Origin: Camelus ferus
Taxonomy: Eukaryota
Assembly: GCF_009834535.1 (NCBI RefSeq)
Contig: NC_045696.1
Span: forward strand, 97,528,001-97,592,000
Direction: 5' to 3'
Length of the DNA: 64,000 nt
Shown: in pieces, positions 26,326-40,442 of the stretch
Layout of the letters: the number at the start of each line of letters is the position of its first letter
Position numbering within the stretch: position 1 is the first letter of the stretch
The notes under the pieces: model-generated
Database searches by the model: none
What the model was told of the DNA's origin: nothing
The model's input: the letters and a program-made list of their open reading frames with translations, nothing else
Program-made: the position numbers and the translations under genes

Positions 26326-27519
26326 ACTGTCTACAATAGATCGGACCAAAAATCAACTTAAAAATCAAAGTATGTGGATGTTAAGTGGAGCCAAGTCCCT
26401 AATCGGGCACCTAAAGGAAGGTACAATGGTGGAATCCTAGTTGCTTCCAAAGGACCACCATTTGGAAAATAAAATTTAGAAACCAGCTCCCTGAGATCTT
26501 GAGAGAACCAGCCATTGGTGTAATAGGATCTCCAGATTCAGCCTACTCTTAGGATTAACCAGCAACCCAAGTGGGCAGTATTGCTGGGCCATCCCATCTT
26601 CGGGCAATAGAGGTAAACTGTGGGCCTCCCCTTGGCCATCAGTTAAAACTTAAAGTAACAAATTTGAACAAAGGTACCTTGGTTGTGCTCCAAAGACAAG
26701 AGGGTGGGGATTGAAGAAATCATCAACTATATACCTGATTTCTTTTTAACAATATTGCTGACAAACGGTGCCTCACAGGAACTCCTGGCAATTAGTGTGA
26801 AGTTTGAGGGGAAGCCATGCTATTTTTCATCCTTTGAGATGCTGTAGGGGGCCCACTGGGTTGCCTTCAGGAGAGTCCCTGCTCCCTGCCTAAGTACAGC
26901 CTCAGTGAGGTGTGACTGACAGCTTCATCCCTTCCTGAAAGTGCCGTGAAGACATAGCAGGGCTGTTCCTCTTTGCCATTGTTTCTGTCTGTCTTGCAGC
27001 AGGATGAGGTCATGACAGAATGGCAGGTTTATCTTGGATTTCCTTGTTTGGCCAGTAGCCTAAACATTAAACATCTCTGGGTTGAATGTCTCTGGGTATC
27101 ACACAGATGTCAATGGCTTGGAGGTGGTGTTGGCTTCTGCACAGCTTCTATCTGGAGCCCAGGCAGTAGCTGAGTTGGGGAGAATGGAGGAGGTGGTGGG
27201 ACAAGTTTGCGTTTATCTGGTCCCTGTCCTCAATTGGCACTTCCTCTGCCATCCCAGGCTCCTACAGCTTGGAGAGGCAGCCTAATAGTAGTGCAGAGCC
27301 CAAAGACTTTGGGTCCAGGCAGAACTGGGTTCAAATTAACCGCTGCCTTTTATAAGGTTTCTCTGTTTTGCATTCCCAAGTCCCCCTTTACTGGTATTTC
27401 TCACACCTGACGTTATGTATCCCTCGCTTTTTCCCCAGTTGGTCTGTAAGCTCCAGGTGTGTGGGCACTACATCTTTGTAATCCATTGGTTCAGAGCACT
27501 TTCTGGAACCTGACTTAAC

Positions 27520-27675
27520 TGGCTTCCAACCCTGGCTCTGCCATTTCCTGGCTGGGTGACCTTGAGTAAGTTACTTAGGTTCTTGCCTGCCTTGGGTGCC
27601 GCTGTGAGGATTAGAGATAAACACTTGCGGGGCATCTGGCACCGACACTGGCACAGATGGATGCTCAGAGATGTC
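27520..27675 (+). mobile_element. MIR SINE
   Basis: ctggctctgccatttcctggctgggtgaccttgagtaagttactta...gctgtgaggattagagataa. Confidence 0.8.
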
Positions 27676-29374
27676 AGTCCTCCCACTCCCAGCTTGGTAC
27701 TAGCGCCTCAGTGTCTGCCCATCTGCCCAGCCGCCCGGACATATCTGTTGTCTGCCTGACATTGTAGCCCAGGCTTGTGGCCAACTTGGGCCAGCAGCCT
27801 GTTGCCTCTGGGAGCCCCTCATGCCATTTTTTAGTGTCCAAAAGAACATGCCTGCAGAGGGCACAGCCTTTGGAATCTCTTTTTCAGTTCACCCCTGAGA
27901 ACTTGATAGTAGCCGTTCCAAAGTAATTCTTAAAAATCATTTCAAATGTAATCATTGTTCTTTGTTTAATAAGTGGTTGGGGAGGAATCTAGAGTTTGTA
28001 ATGTTGATGATAGGTAGATTTTAAAGGGCTTCAAATAACTCTTTTGTTAGATTGTGGTCAGCTAGAGATAATGAAAGTGGCTGATCCTTGGACACCCGTA
28101 AGGGAACTTGAGGACGCACAGTGGAGTTACAATGTGTGTGCATTGGATGCACCCACATGCAACCCTGTGAGCCTGGAAAGAGTGGGGCAGAGAGAAAGTG
28201 AAGGCAGATTGTGTAATGCTCCACTCTGGCCCTAGGAGGGTATGCCCTGGAGTCAGTGTGAAGTGAGATGTGAGTCTGTTTTTCCTTCTGCTCATCTTGG
28301 TTCCAAGGAGACCCTCGGGGTCTGACCACAGTATGGCGCCTGAGTGAAAACCAGTTATTTCCCTGTGTCCCAGAGCTGGAGGAAGAACTGGGTGTGCTGG
28401 TTTTATTAAGAGACAGAATAACTAAAAACGGTACAGCAAAAGTAATGTTCAGTTAGCTTTTCAGGAGCAGCTTTCCTGTATCAGTTTTGTCTTCACTTGG
28501 TGACTTCAGATCCTGACCCCCTTATTAAACTCATCTCTGGTTTGTACATATAAAGCAGCCTTTCCCTTCTGCCTCCTCTTTCTTCTTCCACATTGAGCTT
28601 CGACTATGTGCTAGGACTGTGGGATGTAATAATGAATGAGTGGCCTTTCTCTTAAATAATTGGCATTGAATTTTAGAGAGAAATACGAAATGGCTTATCG
28701 TCATATATGGCGATGCAAGGAAATTTACTAACGGAGACGACAGCCGTTTTATTAAGAAAGTGCAGGAGAAGAAACAGTTCCAGCCAGCGGGTTACATGGG
28801 GTCACAGAGGAGGCTGCTCCCTGGGCTGGGTTTTTAAGGATAGAGTAGAGTTTTGAGAGGCAGAAAGAGGGGCAGGAGAGGACATCTCAGTTAAGGGGAA
28901 AAATAAGAGACGTTATGAAAGGTTGAAAGTGGGAGCCCTTTGAGGGAAGAGAGTTCATGGAATGAATCCGAGATGAGACGGGAAAAGCCTCCACCAAGCA
29001 GCAAAATTCCGGTTGGTGAGAGCAGGGTAGCTTCCACTGAACAGTGTGGATGTTTATGCTTATTTGAACCCTGTTGGAATATTCCTGGTTTGTTTTACGA
29101 AGGGCTGTCTCTCACTGAGGATATTGACTCAGGGACGTTTCCTTTTACAGTCAGGATGGCCTCCATCAGACCAATATTGTTCTCGGGCCTTTTTTGTTTT
29201 GTTTTGTTATCTTGGATAAACAGAGAGGGGCTGATTCATTTTTCTAGAAAAACAGGATGCACTAAAATACTGCAAGTGACAATGAAGCAGACATGCTCAC
29301 GTACAATAATATTTAGAAAGGGACCAAACAATACGTGTAGTGGACACCTCCATGGTGTGGCCGTTCCGCCTTCC

Positions 29375-29545
29375 CCCATCTCCACTGCATTGAGTCCTTG
29401 GCCAAGCTGCTTGTTTCTTTGGGTCTCGGTTTCTTCAGATGGCAAATCGGGACCAGTAACACCGAGCCAGAAGGCATGCTGTGAGGAATGGAGTATAACA
29501 TGCTGGGAACACTGGGCACACAGTGGCCACTCGGATAAAATTTAG
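29375..29545 (+). mobile_element. MIR SINE
   Basis: ccttggccaagctgctt...gtctcggtttcttcagatggcaaatcgggaccagtaac...gctgtgagga. Confidence 0.65.
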
Positions 29546-30684
29546 TAATCTTTACACTGAATATGAAGGATTTATTTACCTTAGGAGCATTATATTCACA
29601 ATAGTTAAAAAAAACTTTATATTATGGACATATTCAAATATGCTTATGAGCAGGAAAATGGTATAAATTTGCACATGCCCATCGTCACCCACTTCAGTTA
29701 TCAACATTCTACCATTCTGGTTTATTGATCCACTCTCTTTTAAAAATGTTCTAAAATTTGTAATGACTCATTGCTCGCTAAATTATTTTAAAGCGAATCC
29801 CAGATAGCATAGGATTTTGTGCGTAGTTTTTAAGAGCCTGAGAAATCAGTGGGCCAAAGAAGAAACTCTTCTAAAAATGGCAGAGACCAACATTTGGACA
29901 GTTGTCACAATTGAGTTTTAGGTGTGTCTGCATTAAATCAGAAGATGTCTGCAAATATTTTATTCAAGACTGTGCTTTGAAAGTACGAAGTATTGTTTAC
30001 TTCATTTAGTGAATACCACACATATTGGCCTGCACATAAATGAGCACTGAGGTGCATGTGCAAAGCATTTTTTTTTGTAGTGGAAGATCTCAAACATACC
30101 CCGATACTAGTGGAGTAGTATAATGAACTCTACTATACCCATCATAGAGGCTGTTGTTCCAACGTCTCATTTGAAAGATGTTCCTGTTGCTTATAAAAGC
30201 AATTAAAATGGATCCTGGATCACAATGGCCTTATTAATTTGGAAAATGATAGAGGATCAAACATTTATATTATACTAGATGGGAAGAAATCCTTAATCAT
30301 CAGTGCCTTTGAGAAGTATGTCAGTGATAGCTTCTCAGATGAACTGATTTTTTCCAATCTTATTTAATGTTTGAAAGCAGTTCAAGGAAGACCCCCTCAA
30401 AAGACACGTAAGGAAGAACACCTTTGGAAGGCAATGCCGAAACGTTAGCAATGGGTTTTCTGGGTGGAGAAATTATGGAGTTTCTTCTTTTCATTTTTCC
30501 AGTTGTATACTTTGTTTCATTTTTGTTTATACGTATTATATGATTTTTTCCACCATAAGCCTAGATTATTGGATTGTTAAAAACGTAATAAAAGAATGTA
30601 AGTTACCAAAATAAAAGGAGGCATGAAGGGAGTAGAGATTGGCTCTATTGAGGTGGCTGTGTCAGGACAAGGCAGACACCTTTC

Positions 30685-30840
30685 CTTGTTTTTTGTTTGT
30701 TTGTTTGGCAGGAGGAGGCAATTAGGTTTATTTATTTATTAATTATTATTATTTTTTAATTTAGCAGAGGTACTGGGTACCGAGCCCATGACTTCGTGCT
30801 TGCTGAGCATGGGCTTTCCTGCCGAGCTGTACCCTCCCCT
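30685..30840 (-). mobile_element. Vic-1 SINE (more diverged)
   Basis: gaggtactgggtaccgagcccatgacttcgtgcttgctgagcatgggctttcctgccgagctgtaccctcccc; TSD-like ggcaga..ccttt at 30671 and 30841. Confidence 0.85.
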
Positions 30841-32819
30841 GGCAGATTCCTTTTCTTAACTGCCAAGTTTTTACCTTTAATCTTGCCGCTTATCTTCAGC
30901 CCTGTGTTTGGTCCTGGCTCTTGACTCTGTTTCCTTGGTACTGATGGTGGGGAATGATGCACACCTTCATGGCATCCTTTAATTAGGCCAGGTTGAGAGG
31001 ACAGTTGACCATACTTCTTAGGTCACTACGCTGAATTTAGGTTTCGTGCTTGATTCTGTTCTGTCCTCTGCCTTTATGTGTCCTGATTTCTCTTCTGAGG
31101 CTGCCCTGGCTTCAAGAGGTGGGTATTGGGAAAAGACTGGTGGACGTTGGGAGACAGGACTTCAGCGGAATGATTGGGACAGGGACCTGAGAGAGTAGGA
31201 GTAGTCCCCTTCTGATCCAGAAGGCATCACAGGGCCTGTCTGCTCCACTGCCAGCCTGCCCGCCTCTTCTTTGAAAGTAGTTACATTTTTGAAAATGGTT
31301 TTCAGACCTGCTTTAGAACCATTGTCTGTTCTGAAGTTAACCATCATGGAGATAGTTTAGCTATACAGGCCTCTAGATAGGCTTATGTTAAAGGAACAAA
31401 AATTAAAAATTATGCAGGGAGAGCTGTTTTGAGGGAATTAGTGGAGGTGAGATGTGAGGGAGGAGACATGAGGAAGGGGTTGAGAGGAGACACCTTCCAT
31501 GGTTAAAGAAGCCATTTACACCAACTTGGTGATTGTGGAAAGTCTGACCTCTGGAATGACACATGGTGAGAGTAACTCCAGTTTTCCATGCTCATTTACT
31601 CATCACACTAAATATCCTGCTGGTGGAGAAATTCAGTGCTGGAGCCTCATATCCTCTTACATAGGAAATACTTAGAGACCCAAGGTATTAGAATCTCTTT
31701 TATGTCACTTCCCTGAAAAGGAGATATTACTCAGTTGGCTGGCAGCTGGAGTTTCTAAGGGACTCATTCAAACCCTGTTTATTGTGTACTCGCCAATACA
31801 GAGGGACAGGGGATTTAATTATTAATAATTCCTTTGTCTTAAGGACCCAAAGTGTTCCAGTGCAGAATAAGATGATCCAACAGCCAAGGTATATATTGGT
31901 AGGTGAGTTTTGTTTTAGTCTGTAATGGATTCAAGTTAATCCATGTGGACTTTTACCTGGTGCCTGCTGTAACAAAATGTGCATGTTGACCAGAGCTTGT
32001 TGAAGCACAGAATGAACTTACCTCAAGCTCCCGGTCTTTGATCTAGATTTTGAGTAGCACCAAGTTCTAACTAATGCAGGCCACAGTTTGAGTTTGGCAA
32101 GGATACGTCCAAAAAAAGCATTTCTATTTGATTCTTTAGTATTTGATTGTCAGAATTTCTAATCTCCAAGGTAGTCCATGTGGCAACCCATCCAACAGGA
32201 GTGTCTTCCAAAGTAAGTCATAGAATGGGGTGGGGAATCCAGGGTGCCAGGCCAGTCTTTGGTCCCTGACGCCATATGGGACATGCAGTAAGTCCAAGTT
32301 TTCCTCATTCGCCAAATGGAAATAATAATGTGTGTCATGATCAAGGAGTAAATACAAGTCTAGGCAATAATGTATACAAGTGTTTTTGAAGTTAAACTCG
32401 TGCAAATTTATGATTGAATATAATAATCATTCAGTCAGCATTTTTTTTTTTGAACTTTTGTAACTCACCTTGGCTTTTGCTAGGTCCTGATGAGGTTTGC
32501 CATAAACATCAAAGAAGCTAAAGGAAAGTGGAATAACATTGCCAGTAAGTTAGCAAACATAATGGAACTATGTCATTAGTAGTTAATTTGTAGTCCAGGT
32601 GAGTGCCGTTAGCCACTTGGCCACAATGCCCCTTCCTACATTCTGTTCCCCATTTAGATTTGGTCCCTTCATTGCTCTCATCTTGGCTGTTCTATCCCTC
32701 ACTATCTTCTTTCCCATTTCTTATGAAACTCTATATTCTTCAAGGCTTAGACCAAATACCAGCTCGTTCACGTAGTCTCCTCTGATTACCCCGGCCGGAT
32801 GCCAGCTCTCTGGCATATT

Positions 32820-33036
32820 CAGACGTTGGCAAAATTTTTCTGAAAAGGGTCAGTAAGTATTTTTGACTTTGTGGGCTACATGGTCTCTGTTGTGTCCATT
32901 GTAGCAACAAAGCAGCCATAGATACAAAAATGAATGGGTGTGGCCATGTTCCAATAAAACTTTATTTACAAAATTTTATTTACAAAAACAGGCTGCCAGC
33001 TAGACATGGCCTGCAGGCTGCATTTAGCCAACCTCA
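32820..33036. mobile_element. MER58A hAT-Charlie MITE
   Basis: gttggcaaaatttttctgaaaagggtcag...gactttgtgggctacatggtctctgt...gcagccatagat...tgttccaataaaactttatttacaaaa...gccaacc. Confidence 0.85.
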
Positions 33037-34266
33037 TGTCATTGTCCCCTGGGTAGCTTTATTGGTTCTGTGCAATTCTTCCTGACCTTCATGTCAGCAG
33101 GCTTCTCAAGGTCAGAATCCAGGCTCTTGAAGCCCCTGGATGATGGGTAAGTAGGAGGCTGTTCAGTTGATGTTCAGCAAATGAAATGACTGAATGGTGG
33201 CTGGTTTCAGGTGTTGGCAACTTTGGTGTCCTTCTGGATGGCCGAGCTCTTGCAACCTTGTGATGTCTTGTCCCCTAGCTTTGCCCTGCTGGAAAGGGAG
33301 GGGGAGGTCCTCTGAACTTTGTGTCCATCTCTTGTTTCTGTCTTTCTCAGCCAGTCTTCCACTACTTTAAGCAACTGCTATTTACAACTCAAAGAATTCT
33401 TTATTTATACAGTGTTGGAGACTGTTTACCCATGTTGAACTAACATTAGGTTTCTTTAAATGTGCTGTTAAATGAAGAGTGTCCATTTGTAACTTTAGGA
33501 ACATAACAGTTGGGGTCATGATGTAAGTGAACATAGCCGACCTTAAAGTTCTTTCCAAAGGTCCGGGGAATGGGATTTTCCTAGTTTACGTGTTACAAGG
33601 CAGTACTTTGTACACTCGTAGAGGAAAGGAATATGGAACATAATCAAACAAAAAACTTCTTGACAACTTAAATGTTATTTTGCAGCACTGAGCAGGTATG
33701 AATTTGGTACTTTGTTTTCATCTGGAAAACTGTCAAGTTAAAAATTTTAGTGTGGATATTATAATTTTCAATTTTTAGCAGATGTGTAGTACACAAGGAT
33801 AACATTTTGACATTAGAAGAATAGCATCTCAAAGGAAGAGAAAAATGCTTTCAGTTCCAGATAATAAATATTCTCTTTTTTTTAGGCTAAATTCACTTTC
33901 AGCAACCTAGTTATTTGTTGTTGTTGTTTTTTCTGCCTGAGCCCCTCACTGTGAAAGTGAACTGTTGGAGTCTTCTGAATTCAGTTGGGGAAAATGATAC
34001 AGACCAACTTGTGAGTGAAGCACTGCTTTTTAATTTCACTGCAAGTGAGGCAGATGAGGACCTTGGAAAAGGAAGGTTATTATTTCCTCTGTGGAAACTT
34101 TTATCTTTGTTTTCTGAGTGACTGGTAAAAACAATACTTTGCTGTGGAGTTTCAATAATCAAAGAAGAGGAAATAGCTTGCGAGTGACTGCAGCTGGTTG
34201 GCGGGGACACGGCTGGCTCTTTCTGAAGATGAAATTTACCAAAGACACGTTAACTATCTCCTAGTG

Positions 34267-34578
34267 CAAAGGTCGGCAGACGTTTTCTGTAAAGGGCCAG
34301 GTGATAAATATTTTAGACTTTGTGGGCCAGGTGGTCTCTGTCACAATTACTGAGCTCTGCCATAGACAAGACCTATACAAATGAGCATGGCTGTGTTCCA
34401 GTAAACCTTTGTTTGTGGACATAGAAATTTGAATTTTCCTATGTCACCAATAGTATTATACTTTTAATTTGTTAAAATTGAATTATTTTAAAGTGTAAAA
34501 ACCATGCTTAGCTTGCTGGCTGTACAGAAATGGGTGGTGGGTGGGGTTTGGCTGCAGGGTGTAATTTGCTGACCCCTA
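34267..34578. mobile_element. MER58B hAT-Charlie MITE
   Basis: caaaggtcggcagacgttttctgtaaagggccag...tttgctgacccct; 8-bp hAT-type TSD tcctagtg at 34259-34266 and 34583-34590. Confidence 0.88.
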
Positions 34579-35536
34579 TCTATCCTAGTGAATTAGCATG
34601 ATAATTCCTTGAAGAAGAGGAGGGTGTGGTGGTGAGGTCATCAGTATTCAGTACCTTTTAGTAGATAATCTGATTGTGATTAGTTAACACAAGTTTGTGA
34701 AGAAAATCCCTAGTGGAGTTTGGATGACTCTTTAGGACCTGGTGCTTCCGTCCGTGTCACACAAAGTAATGCAAAGTTAAGTGGTGCTTCTTTGCACCTT
34801 GTTACCCACCTGATGTGTGATGGGGTCCGACTAGATGGCTTCATGTAGCTCGTCACATTTTAGACCCTTTATCACTTGTGCTTCAGTTCTTTTTCTTATG
34901 ATAATTTTTGCAGTTTACCCTCCTAAAAATTACTTATGTATTTATTGGGAAAGAAATATGCCTTAACTACACAGGGCTCGGTGGTGTGGCTGTGTGTGTG
35001 GATGTGGATGGTGGGGTAGTCAGAATATAAATATGTACATCTCGGTATTCCAAGTGAAATTTTTTTCCTACATTGTAAAAAATAGTGTTTCTGATCATTA
35101 TAAAATAATAGAGCGAGTAATGATACATTGAACATAGATTTATTAAAAATAACAAAATTATGTATAATTCACAATTTAAAATATCAGATATCAATATTTG
35201 CATAGTTACTGTAGTTCCTCTTTTATTTGTTTATATGTTCATCCAATACATCCAACATCAGCCATGTGCCAGACCCTTGTCTAGGCACTGAGGACCAAAC
35301 TGTTTGCCCTTGTAAAGCTTCTAGTCTAAATGGGAATCTTTTGTTGAAGGTAATGGGTGGATAGTTTTATTTGTACTTTTCACAAGTGGTCTGCTTACTC
35401 ACCACTTGTTTTTCAAAAATATATCTTTCATTTTTCAGTTATCCCTTGGCAAATCTGAGTAATGTTTTTGAGTTATCGGAGGAAATTTTACAGTCACATG
35501 GGTCTTTGTAGACTTTCCCAGACTCCTAAGGTTGTT

Positions 35537-36132
35537 TTGTGTTTTTTTTTTTAACATTTTTTTATTGAGTTATAGTCATTTTACAATGTTGTATCAAATT
35601 CCAGTGTAGAGCGCAATTTTTCAGTTATATATGACCATACATATATTCATTGTCACATTTTTCTTTTTGCTGTGAGCTACCACAAGATCTTGTATATATT
35701 TCCCTGTGCTATACAGTATAATCTTGTTTATCTATTCTACATATGCCTGTCAGTATCTACAAATTTTGAAATCCCAATCTGTCCCTTCCCACCCCACCCC
35801 ACCCTTGGCAACCACAAGTTTGTATTCTATGTTTATGAGTCTGTTTCTGTTTTGTATTTATGTTCTTCTTTTTTTTTTGGATTCCACATATGGGCGATCT
35901 CCTATGGTATTTTTCTTTCTCTTTCTGGCTTGCTTCACTTAGAATGACATTCTCCAGGTCCATCTGTGTTGCTGCAAATGGCGTTATGTTGTCGGTTTTT
36001 ATGGCTGACTAGTATTCCGTTGTATAAATATACCACCTCTTCTTTATCCAGTCATCTGTTGATGGACATTTAGGCTGTTTCCACATCTTGGCTTTTGCAA
36101 ATAATGCTGCTACGAACATTGGGGTGCAGGTG
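35537..36132 (-). mobile_element. Young 5'-truncated L1 (end of ORF2, 3' UTR, poly-A)
   Basis: The ORF track peptide MDLENVILSEASQKEKEKYHRRSPICGI is the L1 ORF2p C-terminus. T-rich tail at ~35537-35565; perfect 18-bp TSD cagactcctaaggttgtt at 35519-35536 and 36133-36150. Confidence 0.95.
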
Positions 36133-37009
36133 CAGACTCCTAAGGTTGTTAATAATTGAAATAACTGATTTCTCACCAACAGAAAATGAATTCACTTTTT
36201 AATTATACTAGCTAATTTGGAAAGCATTCAACTCAGAACTTTAGAGAAGGTCAATCAAATAGGTCCTTTAGATAATTACTGTGTCAAGTTCTCAAAGGAC
36301 ACTTGAGTTCATTCATACTATCAGCCTTCTAAGCACTAGTAATGGATTTATATTTGCACTACACAATACTCCTTGTAAAAATATTCCACATGCATTTATT
36401 AAATGAGTACTAGAAAAAACGGGGAAAATAAAAGCAACTCAAAATACTTAACAATACCTGTTAGAGCTGTCTCACTAGTTTTGCCTTGATGTCACAGATT
36501 TTATTTTTTATAAAAGGGTGGCGTTCTTGGGCTTTACCACTAGAAAAAAAATACCATTATAAAAATAGCACGGTAACAATAACAATTATAAATAATCCAA
36601 CAATAGTGTAAGCTGTCTATTCCACCACTCCCCTCCCTGCTGTACTTTTATTCAGGGTGGTCACCTCTCAGTTTTTCTAATAAAAAAAAGCAGAGTCTGA
36701 CCTCAGCCCTTTCACACGTGCTTTTGCCTTTCCTTGGGATTCCCCTCATTCTAACCCCATCATCTCGTTAATTCCTCTTAAGTCTTACCTTCAAAGGTCC
36801 TCTTTTCATTGAAGCTTTCCCTGACTTCCCTGGGAACAGAAGATTTCCCCTTGTCATAAGCCCTGTAGCATCCTCTACTTCCTCAGAGCTGCAGTAATTA
36901 ATTATTTAGGTCATTATCTGACAGTGAGCCAGGTGAAGGTGGAGTCTGTGTTGCCTGTCACTCTATATCCAGCTTGTTATGAATGAACCTATTAGTTACT
37001 TTTTTTCAT

Positions 37010-37150
37010 CCTTCCCTCATAAAGGAGGTTTCTGAGGCACTGGGAGGTTAAGTAATTGGCTCCAGGTTACATCTGTATCCGTGGTGGAGCTGCAGTGCCA
37101 ACCCAGGTTTGTGTGACCCCAGAGTCTGCCTCTCCCATGGCCACTGCGGT
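37010..37150 (-). mobile_element. MIR SINE
   Basis: ctgaggcactgggaggttaagtaattggctccaggttaca...gtggagctg...aacccaggtttgtgtgaccccagagtc. Confidence 0.75.
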
Positions 37151-37739
37151 TGGAGAATTACCAATATTAGCTACTGATGTGATTTAGTGAGAAATCTTGA
37201 TGTTTTCTCACCCTGGGGTTTGTGTGTCTTTTTGTGGTCCTCAATCTTTCAGGACTTACATGTTTAACTGTAATGTTTGCTGAAAGATTGGTTCAATTGC
37301 TGTTTGAGGAAATGTTGGAATTTTTAATGAAAATTTAATGGCATCGGAATGCATAGGGTCTAGATATTTGGAACCTAGTCTGCCTTGGAAAACCCAGGGC
37401 CTATACCAGACAAGTCTGTCTTTAAAGAGCTTGAAGTTGGGTGGGACAGGAAAATACGTAAGCATAAACTGTTAGCGTGCAACCAGTGACAATGGCTGGC
37501 TGTCTGTACACCTGTCTGATCTGTTCCCCCAACATCTCTGATATCATACAGGTGACATATTATGTTCAGGAAAGGAGTTCAGAACATGAACTGCTGATAA
37601 GAAAGCAGCTTCATGGAGTGATTGGAGCTTAAGGGGGTCTGTAAGGCATGGCCACATTTCAGTAACTGGAGAAAGGGTTTCAGCGCCTGTACTTGGAAAA
37701 GTCTCTAGTCTAAGCCTCCAGCTCTTTTTTGCGTTCCAG

Positions 37740-38340
37740 ACCCTTCTACCCACTGTCCCTTAGACATGTCCAGTTGTGTGTACCACAGTCACCTCAAGGC
37801 AGCGTGTCCAAAATGAATTCATGATCTCGCTCCTGAACTTGCTTCTCTTCCATTGTTTGGAACTCAGTGAATGTTGCTCAAGCTGGAACGTCACCTGTCA
37901 TTTCTTCCTCACGTCTCATGCCCAGGCCTTCTCTGAGCCCTCACAGCCCCGCCTCATAAGTGCGCCCTATGGCCTCCCTTCCCTATGTCCCATGGCCTAG
38001 GTCCCCGCCCCTCTTTCTCAGGCTTCTGCAGTAGTTTTCTAGCTGAGCTCCCTCCTAGTCGACAGTCTTACTCTCCTCTGATTCATTGCCATGCAGCGGC
38101 CACGGTGGTTTTTCTGGAAAGGCAAATGTGTTTGTATCATGTCACCTGTTTGAAAGCTCCTCATTTAGTTTCAGGGTAAAGTTCAGATGCCTTAACTGAG
38201 CTTTCAAGGCCCTTGTGACCTCGCCCCTACCTCCTGGCCATATCAAACTTCTTACAGTTCCTCCTAAATGTTGTATTCTCTCCAGCCTCCGAGTCCCCAT
38301 AGTGCTCCTTCTCTGTCTGGATTACTTGTGCCTTATTCTT
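37740..38340 (+). mobile_element. L2 fragment
   Basis: cacctcaaggcagcgtgtccaaaatgaattcatgatct...atcatgtcacctgtttgaaagctcctca...cagggtaaagttcaga...ttcaaggcccttgtgacc. Confidence 0.75.
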
Positions 38341-39074
38341 CCCTCCTCCAGGGGCACAAGCTTGAGAGCCTTGCCATAAACCTTGACACCCTGAAATCCC
38401 AGAGACAAGGTGACCATGAGCCTCAGTAACTCAAGCCTTCCGTTGCCATTTCCCCCTCTTTGCTTGGTAGGTGAGAATTCAGGACTTAGGCTTGGGTTCC
38501 TATACGGGCCTTGCTCTGTGCCTGCTTTCTCCAGGCACCTGGCCTCGCACCTGCCTCCTGGCCTGCCGTGGTGTCTGATCTGGATGATGGGGGGTCAGCA
38601 AGGCTTCAGTAGGCAGGGCAGCGTGCAGAGGGCCGGGAGCCTGGGCCTTGCCAGACACCTGCTCCCCCGGCCCCCCCAATGCTTCCCACACAGAAGCACC
38701 GAGCAGCTGGTCAGCATGTGGGCTGGGAAGAATGGGCTGGGCTAGGCACTGGGGATTAAGGCAGCCCTTGGAGCAGCAACTGTGACACAGGGCGCACCTT
38801 GCCCTCCTGGGAGCCCCGGAGCTCTTTCTTTGACCTCCTTCCTTCATTTCCTGCATTTTCTGAATTACAGCTAAGAGTCAAGGAGCCAGAACCCTAGGAG
38901 TAAACCAAGCCCCTTCTAGTGTTGATTTCCCAAGATTGGCTTCTCTTCCAGCTTCTCCTCTGGATGATGAGTAGACATCAAAGCCAACGCGGATGCTCTT
39001 GCAAAGCCTGTGGCAAACCCTTCCTAGGGTGCCCTGGGACTTGCGAGCCTGCGCTGTGATAAGACGGTCCATCC

Positions 39075-39260
39075 CTTGGGGCTGGGTCTTAGCCATTTTC
39101 TAGCAGCATGACTTTAGGCAAATGATTTAACCTCCCATCCTCTGTTTCTTCGTCTATAAAGTGGGAGTGATAATACTTCCCTTCCAGGATTAGAGCATGA
39201 AATAAATATTAAGAGAACCAAAAGCAAAAATACTTTTGCATATTATGAAATGTGAAAATA
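39075..39260 (+). mobile_element. MIR SINE
   Basis: tgactttaggcaaatgatttaacctc...ctgtttcttcgtctataaagtgggagtgataatac. Confidence 0.7.
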
Positions 39261-40381
39261 CTTTGCATAAACTACTTATTAGCAGTTATTTACTGCTAGT
39301 AATATTATTACTGCTGCTTATAAAGTTTAAAAATGTTCCGTCCTTTGAATATACTTTGTGAACTCACCGCCTTTCTAATTATCCCTGTGTATCTTGAATG
39401 CAACATAAAATCCATTGACTCTGGCAAAATACCACTGCTGCCCTCAGATGTGGGAAATGTGTTCCTTATGAGATCTGCACTGCTTCACATGCTGCTTTTT
39501 TGTATGACATTTATGTAGCACCAGTAAAGCATTTTACGATGACAGCATTTTTTTCCCCCATTGACATTATCTCATAATCCAATCACTATTAGGAGAAAAT
39601 GTCAGTTGATTTTCTGCATTACTAAGAACATGAACAAAGAAAACTGTGTAACACAAAACTTTCTATGTGGAATAGAGAAATCCCATCACTCATGATTTCA
39701 TCAGCGGGGCAGTTCACAGCTTTAGGGCAAGCTGGTGAGCTCTACCACTTCAGAGTCAACCAAAGAAAGAAGAAAAGAGTGTGACGGTGGGTGGGGAGTG
39801 TAACTGGAGTAGAGAACAGAAAAAAAAAAAAACCTCTCACAATTCAATTATTAGGATTATTATGAAGGAACTGTCTTTTGAATTGTTTTCAACTTAAAGA
39901 AATCATAAAACAGTGTTTTTATGTGACCATTTCCTCTTGCATTTGAGGTTTATATGCCAAAAATTCTTCATAAATCTTCATTAAGATGTCAGAATGCCTT
40001 GTGAAGCCTGGCTTCATTTGCATTGCCTTGTACAGTTATTAACAAAAGACCCTTTATGTCTCCACCCAGCTTGATTTCAGTCATGAAATCCATTTTCCTT
40101 TTATTATTTCATAGAATCTGGTTGCTCGACTGCACTTAGAAAATCATTCCTTGGTGGGAAGCCAGAGAGCAGTAGTGATGAAGGCAGTTTGCGGGACCAG
40201 GGTGGGTGGGGAACAAGGCGGGGAGCTCAGCAGCGACACTGGCTCGTCCAAGTGGGCGGAGCCACATGATTCCCTCGGAGTCTCTTCTTGTCAGACTTTA
40301 AAAATTCCTACCGAAAGTTAATGGTTTTTGAAGTTTGAAAATAGATTTCTACAGTTGAAGCCTAGAGCTGGATGAAGCCTG

Positions 40382-40394
40382 GTTGTTGTTGTTG

Positions 40395-40442
<48 letters not shown>
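40382..40442. repeat. (GTT)n(ATT)n compound microsatellite
   Basis: Directly visible. Confidence 0.95.

Noticed and set aside
27851..27864. CTCF-like CCTGCAGAGGGCAC
   Set aside because: An isolated motif match with no supporting context; expected by chance in 64 kb.
28940..29545. 201-aa ORF
   Set aside because: Non-ATG start, runs through a MIR fragment, and shows no recognisable domain or splice structure.
35757..35963. Host-gene CDS
   Set aside because: It is the L1 ORF2 C-terminal remnant within a truncated element.
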